Shown piece after piece: positions 7,745 to 16,617 of a DNA stretch of 27,692 nt. Where the stretch lies: NCBI GenBank assembly GCA_002305725.1, contig DBQM01000057.1, positions 1-27,692 on the forward strand, written 5' to 3'. Both the position numbers and the translations under genes were made by a program. The stretch comes from Ruminococcus sp. UBA1394 (GTDB lineage: Bacteria; Bacillota; Clostridia; Oscillospirales; Ruminococcaceae). Position 1 is the first letter of the stretch, and every line of letters starts with the position of its first letter. The notes below the pieces were generated by a model, which ran no database searches, was not told where the DNA came from, and saw only the letters and a program-made list of their open reading frames with translations.

Positions 7745-8038
7745 ATGATTAAAGTTACAAATTTAAGAGAAACTGACATGATTAAGCCTTTAATGCTGAG
7801 AGCCTATATCGCAAAGACAATCACAGCTCTCATGGAAGGGTATAGTGTTGATACTCTTGATGATATCGGGTGTTTTATTGTACTGGAAAAGTACGAATTT
7901 GTTGAGTTTCAGATTAATGAAATGGAGTTTATCGAAGTTCTTGAAATCGGAGGAAAAAACTATCTTCATGGTGTAAGAATTATCGGTGACAGCTATGGTG
8001 AGGATGTTTTTCTGCCAGTTGAGGTGATAAAGGTATGA
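7745..8038 (+). CDS. Hypothetical small protein of about 97 aa, translationally coupled (ATGA overlap) to serine recombinase 1.
   Basis: GGAGGG sits 8 nt before ATG 7745. The stop overlaps ATG 8035. Confidence 0.5.
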   Translation: MIKVTNLRETDMIKPLMLRAYIAKTITALMEGYSVDTLDDIGCFIVLEKYEFVEFQINEMEFIEVLEIGGKNYLHGVRIIGDSYGEDVFLPVEVIKV

Positions 8039-9609
8039 GCAGTCTGATAATACCAAAAGTAGCTCTCTATGCCCGTTTCAGTTCTGATAATCAGAGAACG
8101 GAGAGTATAGATGCTCAGATAAGAGCAATGACAGAATACTGCCGACAGCAACATTGGCAGATTGTCGCTACATATACAGATGAAGCTAAAAGTGCTACAA
8201 CTGATAACAGACCTCAGTTTCAGCAAATGGTGTCTGATTCTTCAAAAGGATTATTCAGTATCGTGCTTGTACACAAATTGGACAGATTCAGCCGTAACAG
8301 GTACGATTCGGCAATGTATAAAAGCAGGCTTAAAAAGAATAACGTAAGAATTGCAAGCGTACTTGAAAGAATTGATGATACTCCCGAAAGTGTCATGATG
8401 GAAGCAATGCTTGAAGGTATGGCTGAATATTATTCGAAGAATCTGAGCCGTGAGGTTATGAAGGGTATGAATGAAACTGCGTTACAGGCAAAGCATACAG
8501 GCGGTTGTTGTCCGCTTGGGTATGATTTGAATAGTGACAGAAGGCTTGTAATAAATTCTCATGAAGCCGAGTCGGTCAGAATAATTTTTGATATGTATGA
8601 CAATGGCTATGGATATTCAGAAATAATTGATTTTCTGAATGAACACGGGTACAAGACAAAGAGAGGTTGTACATTCGGTAAAAATAGTTTGTATGAAATA
8701 CTGGGCAACGAGAAATATACGGGCGTATATATTTTCAATAAGGCTTCTGCTAAAAATTCCGGGACTAATAAAAGGAATAATCATTCATACAAGGCATATG
8801 ATTCAGTTGTCAGAGTGGAAAACGGCTGTCCACAGATAATCAGCAAGGAACTTTTTGAACGTGTTCAGAAAAGAAGAATGGCAAACAAGCATATAGCCGG
8901 AAGTTATCACAGCCGTGAGTTTTACCTTTTGTCAGGGCAGATTTTTTGTGGGATATGCGGTAAACGTTTACAGGGCAATTTGAGATTTTCCGGAAGAAAC
9001 AAGAGCAGACTGGCTACATACCGCTGTAATACTCATCGTTCTGAATGTTCATGTAAAGAAATCAATAAGGATTATCTGGACCAGTATATTACAGAACTCC
9101 TGCAGGAGAAAATATTCAACAGCAAGGCTATGCACAGAATTGTAAACAGGCTGAACAGTTACATCAAAAAATATAACAGGCAGTATGATGATACCTATGC
9201 CAATGTACAGGCTGAGTATGATGAAGTATGCAAAAGCCTTGGCAATCTTACAGAAGCAATCGAAAAAGGCGTTATTACCGAATCAATTGTAAACCGTGCA
9301 GAAGCACTCGAAAAGCAGAAAACAGAAATACAGACAAAGCTTAACGATATGCATCAGTTTATACCGTTGAAATATGAGGATTTTTCTCCGTTGATTGACG
9401 AGTTTAAAGGACTGAAAAGAAACACTGAGGAGTTCAGGACATTCGTTCAGAGATATGTTATAAAAATCACTGCGTTTTCTGAACATCTTGAAATTGAACT
9501 TAACACTGGTCTGGGAATGGCTGAGGAGATTAATGAAGTGGTGAGTATTTCACGTGAAAATCTTTATGAAATGTATGGGAGCCGTGTCCGTAAACAGAAG
9601 TGGGAATGA
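8035..9609 (+). CDS. Large serine recombinase (resolvase catalytic domain, recombinase domain, zinc ribbon, coiled coil).
   Basis: N-terminus ALYARFSSDNQRTESIDAQ with a catalytic Ser. VLVHKLDRFSRN. Zinc ribbon CGICGKRL...YRCNTH...C.C. 524 aa. Confidence 0.9.
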   Translation: MSSLIIPKVALYARFSSDNQRTESIDAQIRAMTEYCRQQHWQIVATYTDEAKSATTDNRPQFQQMVSDSSKGLFSIVLVHKLDRFSRNRYDSAMYKSRLKKNNVRIASVLERIDDTPESVMMEAMLEGMAEYYSKNLSREVMKGMNETALQAKHTGGCCPLGYDLNSDRRLVINSHEAESVRIIFDMYDNGYGYSEIIDFLNEHGYKTKRGCTFGKNSLYEILGNEKYTGVYIFNKASAKNSGTNKRNNHSYKAYDSVVRVENGCPQIISKELFERVQKRRMANKHIAGSYHSREFYLLSGQIFCGICGKRLQGNLRFSGRNKSRLATYRCNTHRSECSCKEINKDYLDQYITELLQEKIFNSKAMHRIVNRLNSYIKKYNRQYDDTYANVQAEYDEVCKSLGNLTEAIEKGVITESIVNRAEALEKQKTEIQTKLNDMHQFIPLKYEDFSPLIDEFKGLKRNTEEFRTFVQRYVIKITAFSEHLEIELNTGLGMAEEINEVVSISRENLYEMYGSRVRKQKWE

Positions 9610-9614
9610 TTTAA

Positions 9615-9833
9615 ATGTTTGAAAATAACAAAGGCAGATACCTGACAAGAGGCGTTAACAATGAGATACCGCTTGCCCTGCAAATCTTTATGTGGAACAG
9701 AATTGATGAATTGCCTGAAAAAAGAGACTATCTGCAAATTTTTGATCTCTCGGTTACAGAGTCAGGACTGCAGAAAATCGTACACAGACAGGAACAACCG
9801 GAGTATCGTGTGGAATATGTGATTACAGAGTAG
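9615..9833 (+). CDS. Hypothetical 72-aa protein downstream of recombinase 1.
   Basis: ORF track only. Weak RBS. Confidence 0.35.
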   Translation: MFENNKGRYLTRGVNNEIPLALQIFMWNRIDELPEKRDYLQIFDLSVTESGLQKIVHRQEQPEYRVEYVITE

Positions 9834-9922
9834 ATTTCTCCGAAAGCTGTCACAGCTAAGATTTATGTCATTGATGATGGTGAGCATTGCACTATGCTGC
9901 TTGCTGAAGAATACTGATGCTG

Positions 9923-9957
9923 AAAACTCCAGCTGCTGAAAAGTGGCTGGAGTTTTA
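9923..9957. terminator. Bidirectional intrinsic terminator between convergent genes.
   Basis: AAAACTCCAGC / GCTGGAGTTTT stem, with an A-run on one side and a T-run on the other. Confidence 0.6.
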
Positions 9958-10007
9958 GTCTTATAAAAAATGCGGAATAGATAAACTGAATATGTATAAT
10001 TATATAC

Positions 10008-11534
10008 TTATATGTCGATATATTCCAGCTCAACGAACATTTCACTTTGTTCGCTGATAATGTTGCCTAATCGGTATTGTTCACATTCTTTTCCGCTATA
10101 TACATAATTGAGTTTGAATACAGCATCAAAAGTGTGCTTGTCAGCATTATCCTTGGAATCAAGCAAAGAAACTACATAATGCCAGATGCCTAACAAAAAT
10201 GGCTCAAATTCAAGTTCTTCAATATCACATAATTGTTCTTTGGTCAAATGAGTACCATCAGAACAAACGTAGAATTTCTGGCTATCTTGTATACTGCTGT
10301 CATTTTTGATAAATTCGATTATTTCAACAACAAGATCTTCATTTTTTTTCGGTGAGTTAAAATATTTTCTTCGGATTTTAATTACTTCACTCAAAATTTT
10401 ATGATAATGATTTTTCACCATTGCGGAGAAGTTATCAATTTGTTTTCTGTCATTCAGTCCTTCAGTTTTATAAATGGTTTTAAGAACTTCAAATTGGTTG
10501 TGGTGAAATCGTGCATAACTTTTATCAGGGGTTATTTTACAATCATTTTCTATGGTGAGATTTATTAAATCCAGAAATAATTTTTCAATTGCGTTTTTAT
10601 TTCTTTTGGGATGAATGGTCTGAATATTTTCCGTCAGAAACTTAAAGAAAATACTTCTGGATAATGTTATATCCTCTTTTTCCAATATAGAAATAATATC
10701 AGTACGGATATCCAGTTCTGACGGATAATAATCTAGTATTCTATTACATATTTCAGGGCTTGAATTCTCATTTTTTGAGGCTGATAACTTGGAAATTGAA
10801 TATCTGAGATGATTTGTTGCTCCCTTATTTGGTTCTGCCTTCATATGGTTATATTCAAGGTTGATATTCAGTTGCTTATAGTTAATATCAACTGATATTT
10901 TCTGATTTTTTTCAATTTTTGTTTGAAGTCGCTGTGAAGATATCAGGTAGTGCCAAACTCCTAATATAAATGCTTCAAACTCAAAATCTATCATGTTTCT
11001 GATATCGGATTTAGTTCTTGATGAGCCATTGGAGCAAATATAAAATTTCTGGTGCTCTTCAATACTGTTATCGTTAAGTATAAGGTACAGTGCTTTCCGG
11101 ACAAGTGTATCGTTTCTGAGAGATTTGTTATCATCAAAATATCTTTCGGCAAATTGAACCGCCTTTATATAAATTTTTTGGTACTGGTTTTTTACTTCGT
11201 AGTCAAATTCGTCTACAATTTCGCTGTCATTGAAAATATATACAACACTGTTTTTTTTATAGAACTTTCCAAGTCTGAAATCACCAGAAGCGTTTTTTAT
11301 TGACCCTAAGATTCGATTTGTATTATTATCCATCAGTCCCTCAAAATTACCGAGCGTATTATTCAAATGATTCGTCAATTGATTCAGGTCATAAAACATA
11401 TGTGCTTGTGACAGCTTTCCGATATTATTGTAGTTGTCACCGGGATTAAGTGGATTTTTCCTTGTATCTAAAAGTAAATTAAAAAATATACTGGCTGTGA
11501 ATTGCATATTTTTGCATGGCAGATTTATTGGCAT
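10008..11534 (-). CDS. Hypothetical 508-aa protein with an internal tandem domain duplication. Repeated motif QKFY[IV]CS[ND]G..TK...[DE]FEFE[AP]F[IL]LG[VI]WHY[LV][IV]S.
   Basis: AGGAG RBS 9 nt upstream on the minus strand. It is the only minus-strand gene. The two repeat units lie at about aa 150-210 and 400-470. Confidence 0.7.
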   Translation of the reverse strand: MPINLPCKNMQFTASIFFNLLLDTRKNPLNPGDNYNNIGKLSQAHMFYDLNQLTNHLNNTLGNFEGLMDNNTNRILGSIKNASGDFRLGKFYKKNSVVYIFNDSEIVDEFDYEVKNQYQKIYIKAVQFAERYFDDNKSLRNDTLVRKALYLILNDNSIEEHQKFYICSNGSSRTKSDIRNMIDFEFEAFILGVWHYLISSQRLQTKIEKNQKISVDINYKQLNINLEYNHMKAEPNKGATNHLRYSISKLSASKNENSSPEICNRILDYYPSELDIRTDIISILEKEDITLSRSIFFKFLTENIQTIHPKRNKNAIEKLFLDLINLTIENDCKITPDKSYARFHHNQFEVLKTIYKTEGLNDRKQIDNFSAMVKNHYHKILSEVIKIRRKYFNSPKKNEDLVVEIIEFIKNDSSIQDSQKFYVCSDGTHLTKEQLCDIEELEFEPFLLGIWHYVVSLLDSKDNADKHTFDAVFKLNYVYSGKECEQYRLGNIISEQSEMFVELEYIDI

Positions 11535-11585
11535 ATTTTGTTTCTCCTGTGCAGATTGTTTTGAATTTTTGTTGCTTTACTTGTT

Positions 11586-11667
11586 TCTGTAAAAAAATTA
11601 CTCGGATTATCCGGGTTACTCTTATATGAAGCTCTGGATTACGCTATGATGTAGTTATAAGATGATG
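11586..11667. repeat. Direct repeat copy 1 (about 85 bp). Contains the 11-bp palindrome CGGATTATCCG and CTCTGGATTACGC.
   Basis: About 85% identical to 11741-11825. Confidence 0.65.
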
Positions 11668-11740
11668 AAAAGCTCATCGGAATATATTATAGCCACATGA
11701 TGGCTGAATGTCATGGATTCGGATATTACTGATTTTCAGG

Positions 11741-11825
11741 TAAGTGAAAAAATTACTCAGATTATCCGGGTTATTATTACATGAAGCTCCGGATTACGCT
11801 ATGATATAGTTAGATGGTAAAATAA
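11741..11825. repeat. Direct repeat copy 2 (about 85 bp). The palindrome is degraded to CAGATTATCCG.
   Basis: Aligned by eye to copy 1. Spacing is about 157 bp. Confidence 0.65.
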
Positions 11826-12082
11826 TCATCGATTTCATTATATCATTACAACGTTGTTATGTCAATAAGTAGTGATGTAATGTCGGCATCTTGACAATTG
11901 AATAGTTCTGAAACACGAGAGCAATGCTCAGAGTGAGCAGCTGTCAGGGACGTATCTGTATTCGGACAAAGGTCTTGGTAAGTTCTTTCCGAAACAGTGG
12001 TTCAGTTATCTGCTGCAGCGCATTTCAGAACGTAAAACTTCATCCACCATATTTTTTTATTATCAAGAAAGGAGTCATTTAT

Positions 12083-12511
12083 ATGGCTAAATATTTAAAC
12101 AAGAACAATTATTCAAAGGTAGCATACGGAACTGAAGGTTACACAGATCTCTCCGGATTTGAAGAGGTTACCGCAGAAGCGGGCAGCAAAGGTGAAATAG
12201 GCGTTATCAGGATAGATGACTGTGTCAGAATCAGATTAAGTAAAAATCTGTTCTCACAGCTTGAAGTGCCGGACTGCGTTAAAGTTCTGCTTGGTGACAA
12301 AAAAATTGCAATCAGGTCCGTACCTGCCGGTACACCGGGGGCTTATGAACTCGGCAAAGGTGCAGTTATTTATTCAACACCTCTCGGAGAGAAGATAATT
12401 AAAGCAGCCTCAGATGTTGAATTTAAGGAAAATGCTACCACAAGAATAGGTACAATCGACCAGATACAGGAAGATGAAAATGGTTTGGTGACCGTAATTC
12501 TCAGTATCTGA
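12083..12511 (+). CDS. Hypothetical protein of 142 aa.
   Basis: Strong AAAGGAG RBS before ATG 12083. The upstream part of track ORF 11924.. lacks an RBS and looks non-coding. Confidence 0.6.
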   Translation: MAKYLNKNNYSKVAYGTEGYTDLSGFEEVTAEAGSKGEIGVIRIDDCVRIRLSKNLFSQLEVPDCVKVLLGDKKIAIRSVPAGTPGAYELGKGAVIYSTPLGEKIIKAASDVEFKENATTRIGTIDQIQEDENGLVTVILSI

Positions 12512-12587
12512 TAAGCTCATTCGTGGTGCGTCGTTGTTATAACCGGCGCACCAAAAACAAATCTTATATTTTTTGGAGGAAATTGTT

Positions 12588-12977
12588 ATGGAAAATGAAT
12601 TTATTGAAATAATGAACGATAATAGCAGTGACAAAGGCAAAAAAGGTAAGGGCAGAAAGCTTACAGCTAAAAATTCAACCTTTAATCTTGATGATGGTAA
12701 ATACAAAGCCATCATTACAAACGCTTTCTGGTATAAATCCGAGGACGGCAGAGACAGAGTAATGATGGCATATGAGTTTGAGGACGGAACAGAGTTCAAA
12801 AATTCAGTTGACGGCGACTGGATCGATGAATATCCATTTTCTGTTATTATTTCACAGGCAGATATTGAATATGTTGAAGATTTTATTGGTCTTAAAGTAG
12901 AGTTTGAAATACTTAACCATGAAGGAGATTATGGAGTAACCTTCTCAAATATCAGAAAGATAACTCTTGACGAATAA
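12588..12977 (+). CDS. Hypothetical acidic protein of 129 aa.
   Basis: GGAGGAAA RBS before ATG 12588. Confidence 0.6.
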   Translation: MENEFIEIMNDNSSDKGKKGKGRKLTAKNSTFNLDDGKYKAIITNAFWYKSEDGRDRVMMAYEFEDGTEFKNSVDGDWIDEYPFSVIISQADIEYVEDFIGLKVEFEILNHEGDYGVTFSNIRKITLDE

Positions 12978-12986
12978 GCTTATACA

Positions 12987-13021
12987 CCGGAATCCTGTTA
13001 ATCAGGATTCCGGAATTTTTA
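12987..13021 (+). terminator. Intrinsic terminator.
   Basis: ccggaatcctg / caggattccgg stem with loop ttaat, then AATTTTT. Confidence 0.65.
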
Positions 13022-13036
13022 AAGGTGTTGGTTTAT

Positions 13037-14770
13037 ATGGGTATAAAGAAACCTCCGGAAATTTCGGAGTTTAAGGATACTTCAGCTGAGGAGTCAATAA
13101 ACGAGATAAAAAAGGGCATTGTTGAATTCGGCATGAAATCACTGGACAAAAACGACATAAAGTATCTGTCACAGACAGAGCTGCACTTTCCTGTAGTTTC
13201 TGTTCAGGATAAACATCATCTGATTGCTGTAAGCACAAAACGTTTTAGAGGTCTTGTATGGCTCTGTAGCTGGTTTGAGGTTGAGTCAGCGTACAGGGAC
13301 AAGAATAACGTGTACCGTGTAAGGCTGAGAATAAATGACAGAGCTGTTGAGGTCGATTACGATACATTATATCCGAAGGACATCACCAAACTTTCAAGAT
13401 ATGGTCTTATTATTAATTTTGACCATGCTGAAAGTCTGAGCAGATATATTTTCAGAATGATTGCAAAACTTGAAGTAAAGGAACAGTCCAACGGCATGGG
13501 CTTTATGATGCAGGGCGGACAACTGACATTCAGGGCATATGATGAAGAACCGCAGATACTCCAGTATACTGAAGGCATAACGTTGTCAGAGTACGTGGAA
13601 GGGCTAAACAGTCTGCTTACAAATACGGCTGTAATGTTCGCACTGTGCTGCAGCTGTGCTTCGCTTTTTCTTGCGTATTTAAGTATGAAATGCAGCATAG
13701 CACTGCAGTCATTCATAATTTCTTTCTACGGCAAGAGCACAACAGGCAAGAGCACATCACAGGCTTTAATGACATCAGTATTCACGAAGCCGGACGACAA
13801 GAAGATATACATTCCTTTTTTTGGCACACTTAATGCTATAGTGCGGAACCTGTCTCAGAAATATGGAATTCCCCAGCTGTTTGACGAGGCAACTGTTTCA
13901 TCGGGTCTGAATATGGAAAATCTGCTTTACACTATAACACTCGAGCAGGATAAGAGCAGATGCCGTAGTAATACAATGTTGGAAAAATCTGACACGTGGA
14001 AGCTGATTGCAATAACTTCCTCTGAAAACAGATTGCTTGCAGATAATCGTATGCATAACAAGGGGCTTGACGCTCGTCTGCTGAGTTTTGAACTGAAATT
14101 TACCGACAGCCGTGAACACAGTGACTTGATACATGAGTTCTGCGGCAAAAATTATGGCATTCTGGGCAAATCATTATCAGAATATCTTTTAGGTTCAGAG
14201 CCTGAAAAGATTGCTGAAATTTACGAAGAATGCAAGGAATTTATGAGAAATGCAATTGATGATGAATTGCGTTTCGACCTTACAGAAAGGCTTGTAAACG
14301 AGTATGCGCTCATTCTGATGTCTGCAAGGATTCTCAGTGATTTTGGCGTTAACATGGACACAGAGGGCATAACAGCCATTCTGACAGCAAATCACAATGA
14401 AACACGTGAGAGGACTGATATTGCTGACAAGTACTATCAGCATCTCGTAGCGTACGCAGTTACCCACCCATACATGGAAGGAATCAAGAAGGATGAAGCA
14501 AATAACTCTGTTGCATTTGTTGATGAGCTTTTCCTGAAAATTCTTGAAAATCACGGGGCTTCAAATCCCGACCTGGTCATAAGGGAACTTGATGCAGGAG
14601 GATATATTTTCAGACGTAAGAAAAACTCAATCAAGAACAGGCTTCGTTTCAACGATACACTTGTAAGTTGTTATGAAATTGTTCTGCCGAAGGACGATTC
14701 TGAATCCGATGACGGCTGTATGACGCTTGAATACGTACTTACACATTTTGAGGGGCTTGATGAATCATGA
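13037..14770 (+). CDS. P-loop NTPase of the SF3-helicase / DUF927 / VirE-like type. Likely a replication initiator or helicase. Walker A FYGKSTTGKST, Walker B LFDEA, motif C ITSSEN.
   Basis: AAAGGTG RBS before ATG 13037. Motifs read from the translation. Sits in a replication module with PolA downstream. Confidence 0.65.
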   Translation: MGIKKPPEISEFKDTSAEESINEIKKGIVEFGMKSLDKNDIKYLSQTELHFPVVSVQDKHHLIAVSTKRFRGLVWLCSWFEVESAYRDKNNVYRVRLRINDRAVEVDYDTLYPKDITKLSRYGLIINFDHAESLSRYIFRMIAKLEVKEQSNGMGFMMQGGQLTFRAYDEEPQILQYTEGITLSEYVEGLNSLLTNTAVMFALCCSCASLFLAYLSMKCSIALQSFIISFYGKSTTGKSTSQALMTSVFTKPDDKKIYIPFFGTLNAIVRNLSQKYGIPQLFDEATVSSGLNMENLLYTITLEQDKSRCRSNTMLEKSDTWKLIAITSSENRLLADNRMHNKGLDARLLSFELKFTDSREHSDLIHEFCGKNYGILGKSLSEYLLGSEPEKIAEIYEECKEFMRNAIDDELRFDLTERLVNEYALILMSARILSDFGVNMDTEGITAILTANHNETRERTDIADKYYQHLVAYAVTHPYMEGIKKDEANNSVAFVDELFLKILENHGASNPDLVIRELDAGGYIFRRKKNSIKNRLRFNDTLVSCYEIVLPKDDSESDDGCMTLEYVLTHFEGLDES

Positions 14771-14955
14771 AAGTAAAAGATTTTGAATTTAAAAGGGATT
14801 TCCTTAAACATATAAACTTTAAGAACGGTTATCATGTCTACACAGGCATGAAAACTGTATCAGATAAATCGGGGGAAGAACTTCCCGAAAGTGTAATAAA
14901 GCTGCTCTACAGAATATATGCAGAGTCAGTTAATAATGAAGAAACCGAAGTATAA
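14767..14955 (+). CDS. Hypothetical 62-aa protein, coupled (ATGA) to the helicase gene.
   Basis: ORF track only. Overlapping start/stop. Confidence 0.35.
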   Translation: MKVKDFEFKRDFLKHINFKNGYHVYTGMKTVSDKSGEELPESVIKLLYRIYAESVNNEETEV

Positions 14956-14970
14956 TAACACGAATATTTT

Positions 14971-15015
14971 GTCTGAAGGTGAGGAATCGCCTTCAGACTA
15001 TATATAAATTTTTGA
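14971..15015 (+). terminator. Weak terminator-like hairpin.
   Basis: gtctgaagg / ccttcagac stem. The T-run is displaced by about 10 nt. Confidence 0.3.
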
Positions 15016-15030
15016 AAGGGATTTGATAGT

Positions 15031-16554
15031 ATGGCAAATATAAACAGTACAAAATACGCTAAAACATACCGCAGAATCAGTTCACACAATCAGGTCGGTA
15101 ATAACAGTTTAAATGCTCAGGAACAAGCAATCAAGCAATATGCAAAAGAGCATAATATAAAAATTGTTGGTGACTATGTGGATGTTGCTAAGAGTGGTAC
15201 ATCAGTTAAAAACAGAAGCGGATATCAGCAGATGATGAGTGATCTTGAGAAAAATCCTAAAGTGCAGTTTATACTGGTGCATAATCTGGATCGTCTCCAC
15301 AGAAACACACGTGAGCAGCTTAACATGATATATGAGCTTAAAGCCAGAGGCATAGGCATACTTACAGTAGGCGGACTTAACACACTGGACGAGGAATGTA
15401 TGTCAGAAATACTTGATGAATCCTGTCAGGCTGAGAAGTACTCTCGCAGGCTAAGCAAGGAAACAATGAAAGGGCTCAAAATCAATGCTGAGCAGATGTT
15501 ACACAATGGAGGGATTCCGCCGTATGGATATACAGTAGGACCGGATAAAAAACTCCATATTGATGAGTCAAAGGCTCCGGCAGTCAAAAGGATTTTTGAA
15601 ATGTATGCGGCTGGCATGAACTATCAGCAGATTATCAGGTGGCTTGATGATAACGGCTATAAAAATACAAAAGGCGGTTCATTTGTCAAGACTGCCATTA
15701 AAAGTATTCTTGAAAATGAAAAATACTGCGGTACTTATTTCTGGAACAAAAGGTCAGCTAAAGACTATCGTGGCATGAGAAACAACCATAAGCTGAAAGA
15801 TGACTACTACCGTGTTCCGGATGCGATTCCGGCTATTGTAAGTAAAGAATTATTCAATAAGGCTCAGGAAAGGCTTAAAGATAGTAAAAATAAAATCAGA
15901 AATCATAACGGTAAAAATTACTATCCTATGAACGGGAAGATATTCTGCAAAAAGTGCGGAAACAAGCTCAGTGGTCAGGTTCAGTACAGTAAAACCAACA
16001 AAAACAATGAGCCTGTGAAACAGTACAAATTTAGTTGTAAGTGTCCGGCAGTTAAGACAGTTAATGAGAAGTATCTTGATGATATGGTTATTTATGGGCT
16101 CAGAGAGTGCATATTTTCCTCTGCAAACATTAAAGAGATATTACAAAGGCTTAATGAATACAGCCAGTCTCAGAACAAGGAAATTGACCTCCAGATAAGT
16201 CTGTTAAATTCCGAGAAGGCAGAGCTTGAAAAAAGGCGTAAGAACCTTATGGATATTGTCAGCAAGGGGGAATACATACAGTCTATTGTTGATGAAATCA
16301 GGGACAAAGACGTGCAGATTGAAAAAATTTACAACAGAATCCGTGAATACGAGGCGTCAAAGAAAGTTTTCACAAAGGAAGACCTTGATTTCATAAGGAG
16401 CAAGTTTACAAGCTATGTCAGAGAGGAACGCAATGAAGATACTCTTGCTTTTCTTAATGATACTGTAGACAGGATAGAAATTGACGATAAAATCAGCGTG
16501 ATGCTGAAAAAGAACATCAGCGTGGACCGTGACACCAAGAAGATTTTCGGCTGA
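15031..16554 (+). CDS. Large serine recombinase (second copy, divergent).
   Basis: YRRISSHNQ catalytic Ser region, LVHNLDRLHRN, zinc ribbon CKKCGNKL...C.C, coiled-coil C-terminus. 507 aa. Confidence 0.9.
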   Translation: MANINSTKYAKTYRRISSHNQVGNNSLNAQEQAIKQYAKEHNIKIVGDYVDVAKSGTSVKNRSGYQQMMSDLEKNPKVQFILVHNLDRLHRNTREQLNMIYELKARGIGILTVGGLNTLDEECMSEILDESCQAEKYSRRLSKETMKGLKINAEQMLHNGGIPPYGYTVGPDKKLHIDESKAPAVKRIFEMYAAGMNYQQIIRWLDDNGYKNTKGGSFVKTAIKSILENEKYCGTYFWNKRSAKDYRGMRNNHKLKDDYYRVPDAIPAIVSKELFNKAQERLKDSKNKIRNHNGKNYYPMNGKIFCKKCGNKLSGQVQYSKTNKNNEPVKQYKFSCKCPAVKTVNEKYLDDMVIYGLRECIFSSANIKEILQRLNEYSQSQNKEIDLQISLLNSEKAELEKRRKNLMDIVSKGEYIQSIVDEIRDKDVQIEKIYNRIREYEASKKVFTKEDLDFIRSKFTSYVREERNEDTLAFLNDTVDRIEIDDKISVMLKKNISVDRDTKKIFG

Positions 16555-16563
16555 TAAAACAAG

Positions 16564-16600
16564 GGAGCAGCTGCACGGTGGCTGCTCCAAAATTTATTTT
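16564..16600 (+). terminator. Terminator-like hairpin.
   Basis: ggagcagc / gctgctcc stem followed by an A/T-rich tail. Confidence 0.45.
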
Positions 16601-16617
16601 ATAAGGAGTTTTTTATT

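Noticed and set aside
11924-12082. N-terminal extension of track ORF 11924-12511 (MLRVSSCQGRICIRT...).
   Set aside because: No RBS. Cys- and Arg-rich nonsense-like composition. A strong RBS precedes the internal ATG 12083.
12512-12570. Hairpin ggtgcgtcg...cggcgcacc after the 12083 gene as an intrinsic terminator.
   Set aside because: The stem is good but it is followed by an A-run. The T-run is about 20 nt away. It may be a weak or bidirectional element, so it is not listed as a feature.
12410-12799. Minus-strand ORF 12410-12799, and 13357-13716(-), 14195-14554(-), 17488-17754(-).
   Set aside because: They overlap well-supported + strand genes and have no RBS.
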